The notes beneath the pieces were generated by a model. It did not search any database, had not been told where the DNA came from, and saw only the letters and a program-made list of their open reading frames with translations. A DNA stretch of 59,597 bases. Source: Thermoplasmatota archaeon. GTDB lineage: Archaea; Thermoplasmatota; E2; DHVEG-1. Every line of letters begins with the position of its first letter. Position 1 is the stretch's first letter. The stretch spans positions 1 through 59,597 of the forward strand of contig JAZKSG010000002.1 in the NCBI GenBank assembly GCA_036626215.1, given 5' to 3'. The position numbers and the translations under genes were made by a program. This document shows positions 46,704 through 56,855 of this stretch, in pieces.

Positions 46704-47291
46704 TTAAATCTTTTTCTTAAGAGCTTTCTGTAAACGCATAATTTTATCATCTGAACGATTAATCACCTCATTAGAAGCATCAATAAGAAAATCTAGATGC
46801 CGATCATCACAAAACAAACTATCATCGTTACCAATAGGGAAATCTAGACGCTCTGTACTCAAAATTTCAACTATTATCTTTTTACTTATTGATTTCAACC
46901 CAGAATGTTTAAAACCACTATCTACACATATCTTCAACAGTCTATCAGCATCATCCAGAGTTTTACATGCTACATGGAAAATAGGAGACTGCGCAATAAG
47001 CCATATCTGCCCCTTTTTATCAGAGCTACCAAGAGCAGATTTTAACTCTTCAAGTCCAATAGTTCTATGCCATTTAGACAACATTTCCGCGTTTTTTTTA
47101 TCACCAATCTCCGGCAGTACCAACAAAACTATACGGCCCGCGCAGCTACTAGTAGTATAAAAAGAGTCTACATTGTTTAAGAGCTCAACTATCGGTATAA
47201 TTTTTTGGTCGACTAAATCTCGTTTCTTTGCTTCATCGAGTTTTTCTAACACATTCTCTTTATTCTGAAGAAAATCTCTTTCCGAAATCAT
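46704..47291 (-). CDS. taw3: tRNA wybutosine-pathway methyltransferase Taw3/TYW3
   Basis: FYTTSSCAGRIVLL matches the TYW3 SSCSGRI signature. Size is about 195 aa. Confidence 0.75.
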   Translation of the reverse strand: MISERDFLQNKENVLEKLDEAKKRDLVDQKIIPIVELLNNVDSFYTTSSCAGRIVLLVLPEIGDKKNAEMLSKWHRTIGLEELKSALGSSDKKGQIWLIAQSPIFHVACKTLDDADRLLKICVDSGFKHSGLKSISKKIIVEILSTERLDFPIGNDDSLFCDDRHLDFLIDASNEVINRSDDKIMRLQKALKKKI

Positions 47292-47481
47292 AATTAAAAA
47301 TACCTATAATGTTTAACATTACATACCCTATATTTAAAAGATTTTTAACATAACGGTTTCTAACGGTTTCGCCAAGATCTCTTTCTACTAAGTTTTTTTA
47401 GAAATATCTCATCTATTTTTTCAGAAATTATTAAATAGCAATCTTTATTTTCAAGAAACCGGCGGGAGACTAAAACAGACT

Positions 47482-48774
47482 ATGACTCGAAAATATTGGG
47501 ACAAAAAATCAGAAACCATACCTCAAGCTGAGTTGAAAAAACTACAGCTTAAAAGGTTAAAAAAACTTGTTAAATATGTTTACAAAAACAATAAGTTTTA
47601 CAAGAAGAAGTTGAAAAACGCTGACGTTAAACCTGGCGATATAAAAAAATTGAAGGATATCGAAAAGATTCCTTTTCTCACTAAACAGGAGCTAAGAGAG
47701 TATTATCCTTTTGGGTTGCTATGCACTGAGATGGATGACGTCGTAGAGATTCATGCATCTTCAGGTACCACAGGTAAACCTGTAGTTGGGCCTTATACCC
47801 GGAACGATGAAAACCTTTGGGGTGAAGTTATGGCTCGGTCACTCTGGGCTAACGGCCTCCGGCCAAACGACATTATGCAGAATGCTTATGGATATAGTCT
47901 TTTCACTGGTGCACATGGTTTTGAGAAAGGAGCACAAAAGATTGGTGCAGCAGTTATCACTATGAGTTCAGGTAATACACGTCGTCAAATCGATGTCATG
48001 AAAGATTTTGGTACAACAGCTATAGCATGTACACCATCCTATTCTTTGTATATGGCTGAAGTGGCTGAAGAAAAAGGTTTTGATCCACGAGAAGATTTTG
48101 ATGTTAAACTTGGTCTTTTTGGTGCTGAAGCATGGAGTGAAGAGATGCGTGATAGTATCGAAGAGAGATGGGGTATCGATGCCCATGAACATTACGGTTT
48201 AACAGAAATTATTGGCCCTGGTGTAGTGTCGGAGTGTAAACATAAAAAATTACATGTTAATGCAGATCATTTTCTTACAGAGGTTATTGATCCTGATACA
48301 GGTGAGACTCTTGAACCTGGGGAGGAAGGAGAACTTGTTTTTACTACGTTGACTAAAGAAGGTTTCCCAGCTATTCGATTTAGAACTAGGGATCTTGCCT
48401 CTCTCACAGAGGGTAAATGTGAATGTGGTCGAACGTTGCCTATTCAATCACGGATTAAAGGCCGTAGTGATGATATGATGAAAGTTAAAGGAGTTATTGT
48501 ATTTCCTTCTCAAATTGAAGCAGCTTTGATGAAAGTAGATGGCGTAAGTGAACATTATCATATCGTTAAAACCAAGAAAGGCGAGATGACTACTCTTTCT
48601 GTTGAAGTCGAGCCAACTGAGGAAAGATGGAGAGAGGGACATGTTGACGATATAGCTGAGAAAGCTGAAGAGGAAATCTATAGTATTTTGAATCTTCATG
48701 TTCCAGTAAAAGTCATTGAACCTAAAACCATTCCGAGGAGTACAGGTAAAGCTAAAAGAGTGATTGAAAGATAA
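47482..48774 (+). CDS. Phenylacetate-CoA ligase / coenzyme F390 synthetase family adenylating enzyme
   Basis: HASSGTTGKPVV, YGLTE, TRDL...GRSDDMMKVKG. Confidence 0.85.
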   Translation: MTRKYWDKKSETIPQAELKKLQLKRLKKLVKYVYKNNKFYKKKLKNADVKPGDIKKLKDIEKIPFLTKQELREYYPFGLLCTEMDDVVEIHASSGTTGKPVVGPYTRNDENLWGEVMARSLWANGLRPNDIMQNAYGYSLFTGAHGFEKGAQKIGAAVITMSSGNTRRQIDVMKDFGTTAIACTPSYSLYMAEVAEEKGFDPREDFDVKLGLFGAEAWSEEMRDSIEERWGIDAHEHYGLTEIIGPGVVSECKHKKLHVNADHFLTEVIDPDTGETLEPGEEGELVFTTLTKEGFPAIRFRTRDLASLTEGKCECGRTLPIQSRIKGRSDDMMKVKGVIVFPSQIEAALMKVDGVSEHYHIVKTKKGEMTTLSVEVEPTEERWREGHVDDIAEKAEEEIYSILNLHVPVKVIEPKTIPRSTGKAKRVIER

Positions 48775-48809
48775 AAAAATAATAATTATTTTTTTGAGGA
48801 AAAACAACA

Positions 48810-49871
48810 ATGATAGATATACTAAAAGATATATTACCATATATATCAGGCCTCTATACCCTCCCCTGGATACTAATAGGATTCATCGTAACAATCATCA
48901 TCGCCCAATTCACCGGCAGAGAAAAAATCGACAAAATAATGAAAAAAATAGGACTAATAATCCTATACTTCTTCGTACCACTATTACTTTTCAGAATATT
49001 TCTAAATACACCATTTGGATCAAGTGAAATAGAATTCGCAGCAATAGTATGCGGAATAATAGCATTAATGTACCTAACAGCTTTCCTATACGCACGATAC
49101 CAAGCAAAAAAACAAAAACTATCCAAAAAGAAGAGAAACCTATACATAAAAACAGTTTTAACCAACCAAGGAAGAAGCTCAGCGTTTATAGGAGGAGCAA
49201 TGCTCGCAATAAACGCCTGGGCCGTACCAGCCGCAATATTCATGGCACCCGTAGGCATAGCACTATTCGCAATAATACCTTATCTTCTGTCACATCTACA
49301 TAAAAAAGAAGCAAAAAAAGAAAACACCGAGATAGAAGCACTACCCTGGTTCCTAAAAATCTATCCCTGGTATCTTATCACCTTTGTAATAGCAGCAATA
49401 ATCATAAATCAAACAACAAATATAACCACAGCCAGCTTCGGAAACATAGGAACAATACTAAAATTCTACACTGCTATAACCATACCCGCAGCGTTATATT
49501 ACGTAGGTGCAGGGATACACCCAACCGATCTAAAAAAATCAGAAATGAAAAAACTACTCGGTTTAGATAAAGAAAAAGAAGATAGCGACCATTGGAAATG
49601 GGTAAGAAACATATTTGTTTTAACAGTATTTATAACACCCATACTAATAGCAGCCATTTTCACACCATTACTACTACTCAACCTCATACCTAAAGCATGG
49701 TACCCAGTAATAATAATAAACGCAATACTCCCAGTAACCAGCACCAACATGTTTCTATTACCATACGGGATAGACAAAAAAACAACTGCACACATCATAA
49801 CATGGACAACACTAGTATGCGTCCCAATCGTAGTAGCCCTGATAGCTGTATTCGGAATATATTTCACATAA
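48810..49871 (+). CDS. AEC (auxin efflux carrier) family permease
   Basis: About 10 TM helices in a 5+5 arrangement with a central charged loop. Family assignment rests on architecture only. Confidence 0.6.
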   Translation: MIDILKDILPYISGLYTLPWILIGFIVTIIIAQFTGREKIDKIMKKIGLIILYFFVPLLLFRIFLNTPFGSSEIEFAAIVCGIIALMYLTAFLYARYQAKKQKLSKKKRNLYIKTVLTNQGRSSAFIGGAMLAINAWAVPAAIFMAPVGIALFAIIPYLLSHLHKKEAKKENTEIEALPWFLKIYPWYLITFVIAAIIINQTTNITTASFGNIGTILKFYTAITIPAALYYVGAGIHPTDLKKSEMKKLLGLDKEKEDSDHWKWVRNIFVLTVFITPILIAAIFTPLLLLNLIPKAWYPVIIINAILPVTSTNMFLLPYGIDKKTTAHIITWTTLVCVPIVVALIAVFGIYFT

Positions 49872-49880
49872 AAAAATGTT

Positions 49881-50663
49881 TTAAATTTTTTCTAATATTT
49901 TTTCTGCAGCTTTTTTACCAGACAAAAGCATACCGCCAAAAATAGGACCCATACGATGTGAACTAAACACTGCATTGGCACACATACCAGCTACAAACAA
50001 ACCAGGATACACCTCCCGGGTATTATCCACAACAGCCTGCTCACCTTGATCCGCCGACATAGAACGTTCAACAAGACTTTTCTCAATACTCAACGCCCCC
50101 TCCTCTGGACGTATTTTAGCTCTAACGATATTACATATCTCAGCGGGATGACCCGTAGCATCAATACAATATTTCGCCCTAATAGTAAGAGGATCTACAT
50201 GTAAACCAGCCACCTCAACACTACTCCAATTGATGACAAAACCGTTTACTTTATCCCTCTCAAGTAAAACATCCTCTACACTCATATTGTTAAAAAAAGA
50301 AGCACCTTCATCTATAGCAGACGCACAAAGCTTATTAACACATTCTATAGAATTAGCACTAAAATAACCATCATCTTCCTTTCTCAACTTAACATCTACA
50401 TCTTCTAACAACGATTTCGACCTATCCTGAACTACTACTACAGGGAAAGTCATACCGCCACCCCACATTCCACCACCAACAGACAATTTACGTTCAAATA
50501 CAACTACTTTTTTACCAGCTTCAGCAAGATATTTTGCAGCTATGAGCCCAGCTGGACCAGCACCAGCTATAGCTACATCTACATCAAAACAATCCTCAAA
50601 CTCTTTACAGAAACGATTAAAAATCGTTCTCGTAACAACAACATCATCAATACCCATATTCAT
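49881..50663 (-). CDS. thi4: Thiazole synthase Thi4 (archaeal type)
   Basis: DVAIAGAGPAGLIAAKYLAEAGKKVVVFERKLSVGGGMWGGGM and CIDATGHPAE. Confidence 0.9.
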   Translation of the reverse strand: MNMGIDDVVVTRTIFNRFCKEFEDCFDVDVAIAGAGPAGLIAAKYLAEAGKKVVVFERKLSVGGGMWGGGMTFPVVVVQDRSKSLLEDVDVKLRKEDDGYFSANSIECVNKLCASAIDEGASFFNNMSVEDVLLERDKVNGFVINWSSVEVAGLHVDPLTIRAKYCIDATGHPAEICNIVRAKIRPEEGALSIEKSLVERSMSADQGEQAVVDNTREVYPGLFVAGMCANAVFSSHRMGPIFGGMLLSGKKAAEKILEKI

Positions 50664-50792
50664 CTATTCCCCCTAAAACATAAAACAGGAGACCGTTGAT
50701 TGGAAACAGGAAATGAAAGAACAGGTTATTAAAAATACCGGCCTATTTACCAACAAATTTTTTATCAACACCAAATTCCATACATATTTTTT

Positions 50793-51230
50793 GTGTTAAC
50801 AATAAGATATTTTACACCACAGGACATGTTCGCCGTAATCAGATTATCCTCCCAGACGCTAACAGAAGAATACAACCCCAACATTTTCAACTACTTCTAC
50901 GAAACATTTCCACAAGGATTTCTTGTAGCAGAGCAAAACCACAAAATAATAGGATTCATAGTAGGACTAAAAATCGATGAGAAAAAAGCTAAAATTTTGA
51001 TGCTATCAGTACACCCTAGTTTTAGAAGAAAAAGAATCGGTACCATGTTACTGAAAAGATGGATAAAAGAAATCAAGAAAACACTTGTACAAAAAGTGGA
51101 TCTTGAAGTAAGAAGAAACAACAAAGAAGCCATTAAATTCTATCAGAAAAACGGTTTTAATATAACTAACACTATAGACCAGTTCTATCAAAACGGAGAA
51201 GATGGCTACACCATGGAAAAAAACATATAA
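50793..51230 (+). CDS. rimI: RimI/Ard1-type N-alpha-acetyltransferase (GNAT)
   Basis: ILMLSVHPSFRRKRIGTMLL ... NKEAIKFYQKNGF. Confidence 0.7.
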   Translation: MLTIRYFTPQDMFAVIRLSSQTLTEEYNPNIFNYFYETFPQGFLVAEQNHKIIGFIVGLKIDEKKAKILMLSVHPSFRRKRIGTMLLKRWIKEIKKTLVQKVDLEVRRNNKEAIKFYQKNGFNITNTIDQFYQNGEDGYTMEKNI

Positions 51231-51252
51231 AAAAAGAATTTGATTGTTTTTT

Positions 51253-51564
51253 TTAGTTTTTACAGAGCCTCAACAGTTCTTTTTCTTTATCAGTCATAAA
51301 ACGTTCAGACATATTGGTTAAACGACTAGAAACTTTTTCTAAGCTAGAACAGTTGTTTAGAGACATGAGTTCGGCGATACCTTGACTTAGAGTAAAAACA
51401 GCGAGTTTATGTTCTCTTTTTGATTTGTAGACCTGATAAGGTGTAACGTCGAGTTTCGTATATTTTTCGAATATCTCAGATCCATCGTTTTCAACGATGT
51501 CCTCCAAATGCGTCTTCAATTGTAACAAAAACGTATGTAGTTGTATAAGTTCGTCCTTCTGCAT
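51253..51564 (-). CDS. UPF0058-family protein
   Basis: The MQKDELIQLHTFLLQLKTHLE N-terminus resembles UPF0058. Start moved to the second ATG. Confidence 0.5.
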   Translation of the reverse strand: MQKDELIQLHTFLLQLKTHLEDIVENDGSEIFEKYTKLDVTPYQVYKSKREHKLAVFTLSQGIAELMSLNNCSSLEKVSSRLTNMSERFMTDKEKELLRLCKN

Positions 51565-51708
51565 AGTTAGGTTCTCCACCTGTTAAAAATTCAATAATCT
51601 GGAATTAGTCACGGGGTTTTTATGATTTTTCATTAAAATTTATATACCTAAAAAAATGAGTAAAGAATAGAAAACAAAAAAAAAATAAAGGTTTTTTTAT
51701 ATCTTATA

Positions 51709-52989
51709 TTACTCTAGTTGTTTCTTCGTTAAAACATTTACAGAATCAGGATTTTTTACAACGTTACCCATCTTCATACCAACGATTTCATCCACGTTTT
51801 TATTACTCGCTATATCCAGTAAACGCTGAGTTATTATACCATCAAATACAACAGTAGAAATATTTCCTTTTTTCTTCAATATGTTGGTTAATTTACGTAC
51901 AGGTATCTTATCAATCTCTTTACCTTTTTTATCGATTAGAACGGCTTTCAAAGACCCAGAGATATCATCTAGAATACTTTTGTACTTCTTCTGTTTCTCT
52001 GAAATCACTCGTTTATCTTCTTTGTCACTCCCTTTCTGTTTATCTTTTTTCTTCTTGTCAGCCCCTTTTTTCCCCTTGTCTTTCTTTTTATTTTGTTTAT
52101 TTTTGTTTTTTTTCGTCGGCTGAGGTTGTTTAGGTTTATCGGTATCTTTACCTAAATCTATGTCAAACATCTCAGCATATTGCTCAGCTGGAATCTTGTT
52201 TTTCAAAGCCTTCATGATTAATTTTTGAGGGATCTCTTCAACTTCACGTGTTTGTGGAGCACGAGAAACGAAATCTACATCAGCTGTTTGAAGAAGCTCT
52301 TTTAATATAAGTTCGCCACCCCGATCACCATCAACAAAAGCAGTAGTTATACGTTCTTTGGTGAGATCTTTAACTGTTTTAGGAACATTTGTTCCGCCGA
52401 CACCTATAACGTTTTTAATACCATATTTGAGAAGATTTAAAACGTCACGTCGTCCTTCAACCACTATCACTGCATCACTATTTTCTATATTTGGTCCTGC
52501 TGGGCAGTGATCAGAGCCATAATTAGTTATCTCTTCTATCTGTACAGCTTGACGAACATTTTCAGAGATACTTTCTCCTTCTATTCTTTCTTCTTCCATC
52601 ACTCGGTTAAGAAGTTGTTTTGCTCGTTCGATAACTTTTTTACGCCTTGCAACTCTGACATCCTGTACTTCTTCAACCTCTATTTTAGCTTTACAAGGAC
52701 CAACTCTATCAATGCTTTCAAAAGCAGCGGCTAAAATAACGGTTTCAACTTTATCGAGACTTGTTGGCAGAGTAATAGTTCCTTCACTTTTACCGTTCTT
52801 AGTGTTTAAATCAACTTCTATTCTACCAACTCGAGCCGACCTCTGCAGCTCTCTTAAATCTAATTCATCTCCAAGAAGTCCTTCCGTTTGACCAAATATC
52901 GCACCTACCACATCTGATTTTTCTACTACACCATCAGCCTTAATATGAGATTTAATCATGTATTTTGTTGTCGCGGGATCAATAACCAT
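51709..52989 (-). CDS. dnaG: Archaeal DnaG (Toprim-domain primase/exosome-associated protein) with a Lys-rich insertion
   Basis: KYMIKSHIKADGVVEKSDVVGAIFGQTEGLLG N-terminus. Toprim motifs VIVVEGRRDVLNL and FVDGDRGGELI. Confidence 0.9.
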   Translation of the reverse strand: MVIDPATTKYMIKSHIKADGVVEKSDVVGAIFGQTEGLLGDELDLRELQRSARVGRIEVDLNTKNGKSEGTITLPTSLDKVETVILAAAFESIDRVGPCKAKIEVEEVQDVRVARRKKVIERAKQLLNRVMEEERIEGESISENVRQAVQIEEITNYGSDHCPAGPNIENSDAVIVVEGRRDVLNLLKYGIKNVIGVGGTNVPKTVKDLTKERITTAFVDGDRGGELILKELLQTADVDFVSRAPQTREVEEIPQKLIMKALKNKIPAEQYAEMFDIDLGKDTDKPKQPQPTKKNKNKQNKKKDKGKKGADKKKKDKQKGSDKEDKRVISEKQKKYKSILDDISGSLKAVLIDKKGKEIDKIPVRKLTNILKKKGNISTVVFDGIITQRLLDIASNKNVDEIVGMKMGNVVKNPDSVNVLTKKQLE

Positions 52990-53295
52990 AAACTTTTTTC
53001 ACCTCACAGTCTAATCCATTGTTAATCATTTTTTTTGTTTGAAAAATAGCACTTTTCTCCCACATTCTCTATCCATTAACCAATCGATAGGTGTGGAAAT
53101 ATTCATCTTTTTGAATGTATAACAAATCCAATTCTTTTAAAGTGGGACATATTATTGAAATAGATTAATCCTAAGTTATGATTAATCTTGAAGTGCTATT
53201 TTTCATTATTCTTTAAATTTGAGATTAGATACAAATACATGAGGTTTGCGCCATATTTAAATGTTATGCCTGTATTCAGCTTAGGATGATATACC

Positions 53296-55452
53296 ATGGG
53301 TGAAACAATATATATCGGTGTAGCATGGCCCTACGCAAACGGCTCACTTCATCTGGGACATATAGCCGGTTGTTATCTACCAGCTGACATATTCGCACGA
53401 TTCAACAGACTAAAAGGAAACGAGGTCCTAATGGTTTCAGGTAGCGACGAACATGGTACACCTGTCACAATTACTGCAGAGAAAGAGAATACAACCCCCA
53501 AAAAGATCGTAGATAAATATAACAAACAGCACACCGAAAACATGGAACAATTAGGTATTTCTTTTGACTGTTTTACTCGCACTACTACTAAAAACCATAA
53601 AGAAGTAGTTCAAGATATTTTTTTAACTCTTTCCAAAAAAGGATACATCTATGAAAAACAAGTGGAATCTTTTTATTGTGAAAACTGCGACCGTTTTCTA
53701 CCAGATAGATATATCGAAGGAGAATGCCCCTATTGTGGATACGAAGAATCTCGCGGAGATCAATGCGACGAATGCGGGAAAATCCTTGAATCAGAAAATC
53801 TAAAAAATGTAAAATGTAAAATCTGTGGAGGTATACCAGAAATACGTAGTAGTAAACATCTATTTTTCGCTCTGAGTAAATTCGAAGATAAACTTTTAAA
53901 TTGGTTAGAAGAAAAAAATCATTGGAAAAAAAATGTTTTAAAATTTACTAAAAATTGGCTGAAAGAAGGATTAAAAGACCGAGGCATAACACGAGATATG
54001 AAATGGGGTATAGAGGTCCCAATTGAAGGATTCGAAGACAAAAGAATCTATGTATGGTTTGATGCAGTAATTGGTTATCTTGCCGCTAGTAAAGAATGGG
54101 CAAAAAAACAAGGTAAAGAAGATAAATGGAAGGAATGGTGGATTAACTCTGATGCAAAACATTATTATTTCCTAGCGAAAGACAACATACCGTTCCATAG
54201 CATCATCTGGCCTTCCATCCTAATGGGATACAACAAAGAACTAAATCTTCCACATGATATACCTGCAAATGAATACCTCCGTTTAGAAGGAAAGCAGTTT
54301 TCTAAAAGCCGTGGTTTAGCTATATGGGTTCCAGACATATTAAAAAAACTGGATGTCGACGCTGTACGTTACTATCTATCCATAAATATGCCCGAAAAAA
54401 GAGATAGTAACTGGATGTGGAAAGATTTTGTTAAGAAAAACAACAATGAACTAGTAGGCGCCTACGGCAACTTTATTCATAGAGTCTTAACTTTCACTTC
54501 TAAAAACTTTGAAGAAATCCCAGAACAACATTCCTTAAATCCTAGAGACAAAGAAGTTATAAATGAAATAAAAAAGGTTTCCAAGGAAGCATCTAACTCT
54601 ATTGAGAGTTGTGAGTTTAAAAAAGGACTCCGCAGCGTGATGAATCTCGCTCAGATAGGTAACAGCTATTTCAACGATATGGAACCATGGAATTTAATCA
54701 AAGATGATAAAGACAGATGTAAAACTGTACTAAATGTATGTTTGAAAATCGTGAAAGCCTTAGCTGTTTTTACGTCTCCTTATCTTCCTTTTTCATCTGA
54801 TAAAGTCTGGAAGATTCTAGGGGAACAAGGATCAGTTCATGATGCTTCATGGGATGATGCATTTGATGAGTTGCAGACTGGTTCTATACTTAAAAAACCA
54901 AAACCGTTATTTAAGAAACTTTCATTGGAAGATTTTATGCCAGAAGAGGAAGAAGCAGAAGAAGAAAAAGATCCATTCTCAAAAATAGATTTAAGAGTTG
55001 CAAAGATTCTGGATGTAAAAAATCATCCTAACGCTGATAAACTATATATCCTTCAAGTTGATGTCGGAATTCAGGGTAAAAAGGTATTAGTTGCTGGTAT
55101 GAAGCCATACTATTCCATTGATGAACTTAAAGGTAAAAAAATCGTTATTGTATCTAATCTTGCTCCAGCGAAGATTAGAGGTGTGAAATCCAACGGTATG
55201 CTTCTGGCTGCAGAAGACAAAAAAGAAGTTGTATCTCTCTTAGATCCAGGAGATGCTGAGGTGGGTTCAAAAGTTTATGCTGAAGGTATAGAACGGAAAC
55301 CAGTGAAAACATTGTCTTTTGATGAATTCCAAGAGATAAAAATGAAAGTAAACAAAGATCTTGAAGCTGTTTATAATGGAAAAAATCTAAAAGTAGAAGA
55401 CAATAAAATTGTTGCAGACAAAAAAGTTGAGGAAAACGCAGAAATTTTATAG
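53296..55452 (+). CDS. metG: Methionyl-tRNA synthetase with a C-terminal tRNA-binding (Trbp111/EMAP-like) domain
   Basis: PYANGSLHLGH, Zn knuckles CENC/CPYC/CDEC/CKIC, KQFSKSRG, and C-terminal LRVAKILDVKNHPNADKLYILQVDVG. Confidence 0.95.
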   Translation: MGETIYIGVAWPYANGSLHLGHIAGCYLPADIFARFNRLKGNEVLMVSGSDEHGTPVTITAEKENTTPKKIVDKYNKQHTENMEQLGISFDCFTRTTTKNHKEVVQDIFLTLSKKGYIYEKQVESFYCENCDRFLPDRYIEGECPYCGYEESRGDQCDECGKILESENLKNVKCKICGGIPEIRSSKHLFFALSKFEDKLLNWLEEKNHWKKNVLKFTKNWLKEGLKDRGITRDMKWGIEVPIEGFEDKRIYVWFDAVIGYLAASKEWAKKQGKEDKWKEWWINSDAKHYYFLAKDNIPFHSIIWPSILMGYNKELNLPHDIPANEYLRLEGKQFSKSRGLAIWVPDILKKLDVDAVRYYLSINMPEKRDSNWMWKDFVKKNNNELVGAYGNFIHRVLTFTSKNFEEIPEQHSLNPRDKEVINEIKKVSKEASNSIESCEFKKGLRSVMNLAQIGNSYFNDMEPWNLIKDDKDRCKTVLNVCLKIVKALAVFTSPYLPFSSDKVWKILGEQGSVHDASWDDAFDELQTGSILKKPKPLFKKLSLEDFMPEEEEAEEEKDPFSKIDLRVAKILDVKNHPNADKLYILQVDVGIQGKKVLVAGMKPYYSIDELKGKKIVIVSNLAPAKIRGVKSNGMLLAAEDKKEVVSLLDPGDAEVGSKVYAEGIERKPVKTLSFDEFQEIKMKVNKDLEAVYNGKNLKVEDNKIVADKKVEENAEIL

Positions 55453-55496
55453 AACAAAAGAAAAAATGTTTTGATATGTTAGGGAGGAAAAAAAGT

Positions 55497-56384
55497 ATGT
55501 TAGTTACAGAAACAGATTTGCCTTTTGAGGTTTTTAAGAAGGGAAAAGTTAGAGATGTATACGAGTTTGATGATGATAAACTTCTTTTGATGATAACCGA
55601 TAGAATTTCAGCTTTTGATTTTGTTCTACATGAACCGATTCCTAAGAAAGGTGTGTGTTTAACGCAGTTGTCTGCTTTTTGGTTTGATTATTTTGAAGAT
55701 ACTATACCCAGCCATATGATTTCGGCTGATGTTTCAGAGTTTCCAGAGGAACTAAAAGAATACAGTGAGGTCTTAGAGGGGCGTAGTATGCTTGTTAAAA
55801 AAGCAGAGGTTTTCCCAATTGAATGTATCGTCCGTGGATATATCTCCGGTTCAGCCTGGCGGTCTTATCAGAAAGATGGAACAGTTTGTGGTATTGAACT
55901 ACCAGAGGGGATGAAAGAGTCAGAGAAGTTTGAAGAGCCGTTATTCACTCCTTCTACTAAGGCTGAAGAGGGGCATGATGAAAATATTAGTTTTGAAAAA
56001 ATGAAAGAAATCATTGGTGAGGAAAACGCAGAGAAATTAAAAAATCTTAGTTTGGAGATATATAAACGTGGATCGGAGTATGCAAGGGAACGAGGTATCA
56101 TTATCGCTGATACTAAGTTTGAATTTGGTCGTATTGGCGATCAGATTATTCTTGTAGATGAAGTGCTTACGCCTGATAGTTCGCGTTTTTGGCCAGCGGA
56201 TGAATATGAACCTGGTAAAAAACAACCGAGTTTCGACAAACAGTACGTTCGAGATTATCTTAGTGAAACAGGTTGGGATAAAAATAGTAGTCCACCTCAT
56301 CTACCAAAGGAAGTCGTTGAAGGTACTAAAAAACGCTACCATGAAGCATATGAGAAGATAACTGGTGAAAAAATAGATATTTAA
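55497..56384 (+). CDS. purC: SAICAR synthetase
   Basis: KGKVRDVYEF, ITDRISAFD, IADTKFEFG. Start at the ATG after GGGAGG. Confidence 0.9.
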   Translation: MLVTETDLPFEVFKKGKVRDVYEFDDDKLLLMITDRISAFDFVLHEPIPKKGVCLTQLSAFWFDYFEDTIPSHMISADVSEFPEELKEYSEVLEGRSMLVKKAEVFPIECIVRGYISGSAWRSYQKDGTVCGIELPEGMKESEKFEEPLFTPSTKAEEGHDENISFEKMKEIIGEENAEKLKNLSLEIYKRGSEYARERGIIIADTKFEFGRIGDQIILVDEVLTPDSSRFWPADEYEPGKKQPSFDKQYVRDYLSETGWDKNSSPPHLPKEVVEGTKKRYHEAYEKITGEKIDI

Positions 56385-56391
56385 TATATTA

Positions 56392-56811
56392 TTATCCGTT
56401 TAGCCCCTCATAATAACAAATAGCTGAACTAGTTGGGAGGAAAATTATTGAAAACGAATTATTTAACATCTGATCTGGGACATATAATCTATCACCAACA
56501 CTTATACTTCCTTCTTTTTTATTTTCTTCCCCCACTCTTAAACCCATATCATCTTTTATATAAAACCTTCTTGTAGTGTAGTTCCCACAAGTTGACTGAA
56601 ATGCAAAGTCTTCATAATTTACTTTTTTTGCTTCTTCAACTATAAGTGACTTATTTGCCTCATCATAAGAAAAATATAATTTACCATCTCGATAATCAGG
56701 TATTTCCTCTTCGTCATCTTTATTAGTTGTAGAATATAAAATAAATGCAGTTATTATAAGGGTAAATGTAATGATTAATGTTAAAAATAATTGTTTTTTT
56801 GATTTCTTCAT
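56392..56811 (-). CDS. Membrane-anchored hypothetical protein
   Basis: N-terminal TM helix LFLTLIITFTLIITAFILY. No motif recognised. Confidence 0.4.
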   Translation of the reverse strand: MKKSKKQLFLTLIITFTLIITAFILYSTTNKDDEEEIPDYRDGKLYFSYDEANKSLIVEEAKKVNYEDFAFQSTCGNYTTRRFYIKDDMGLRVGEENKKEGSISVGDRLYVPDQMLNNSFSIIFLPTSSAICYYEGLNG

Positions 56812-56855
56812 TTCCCATCCCCAAGAATATTAATCCTATTTCGAATATAAAAGGA

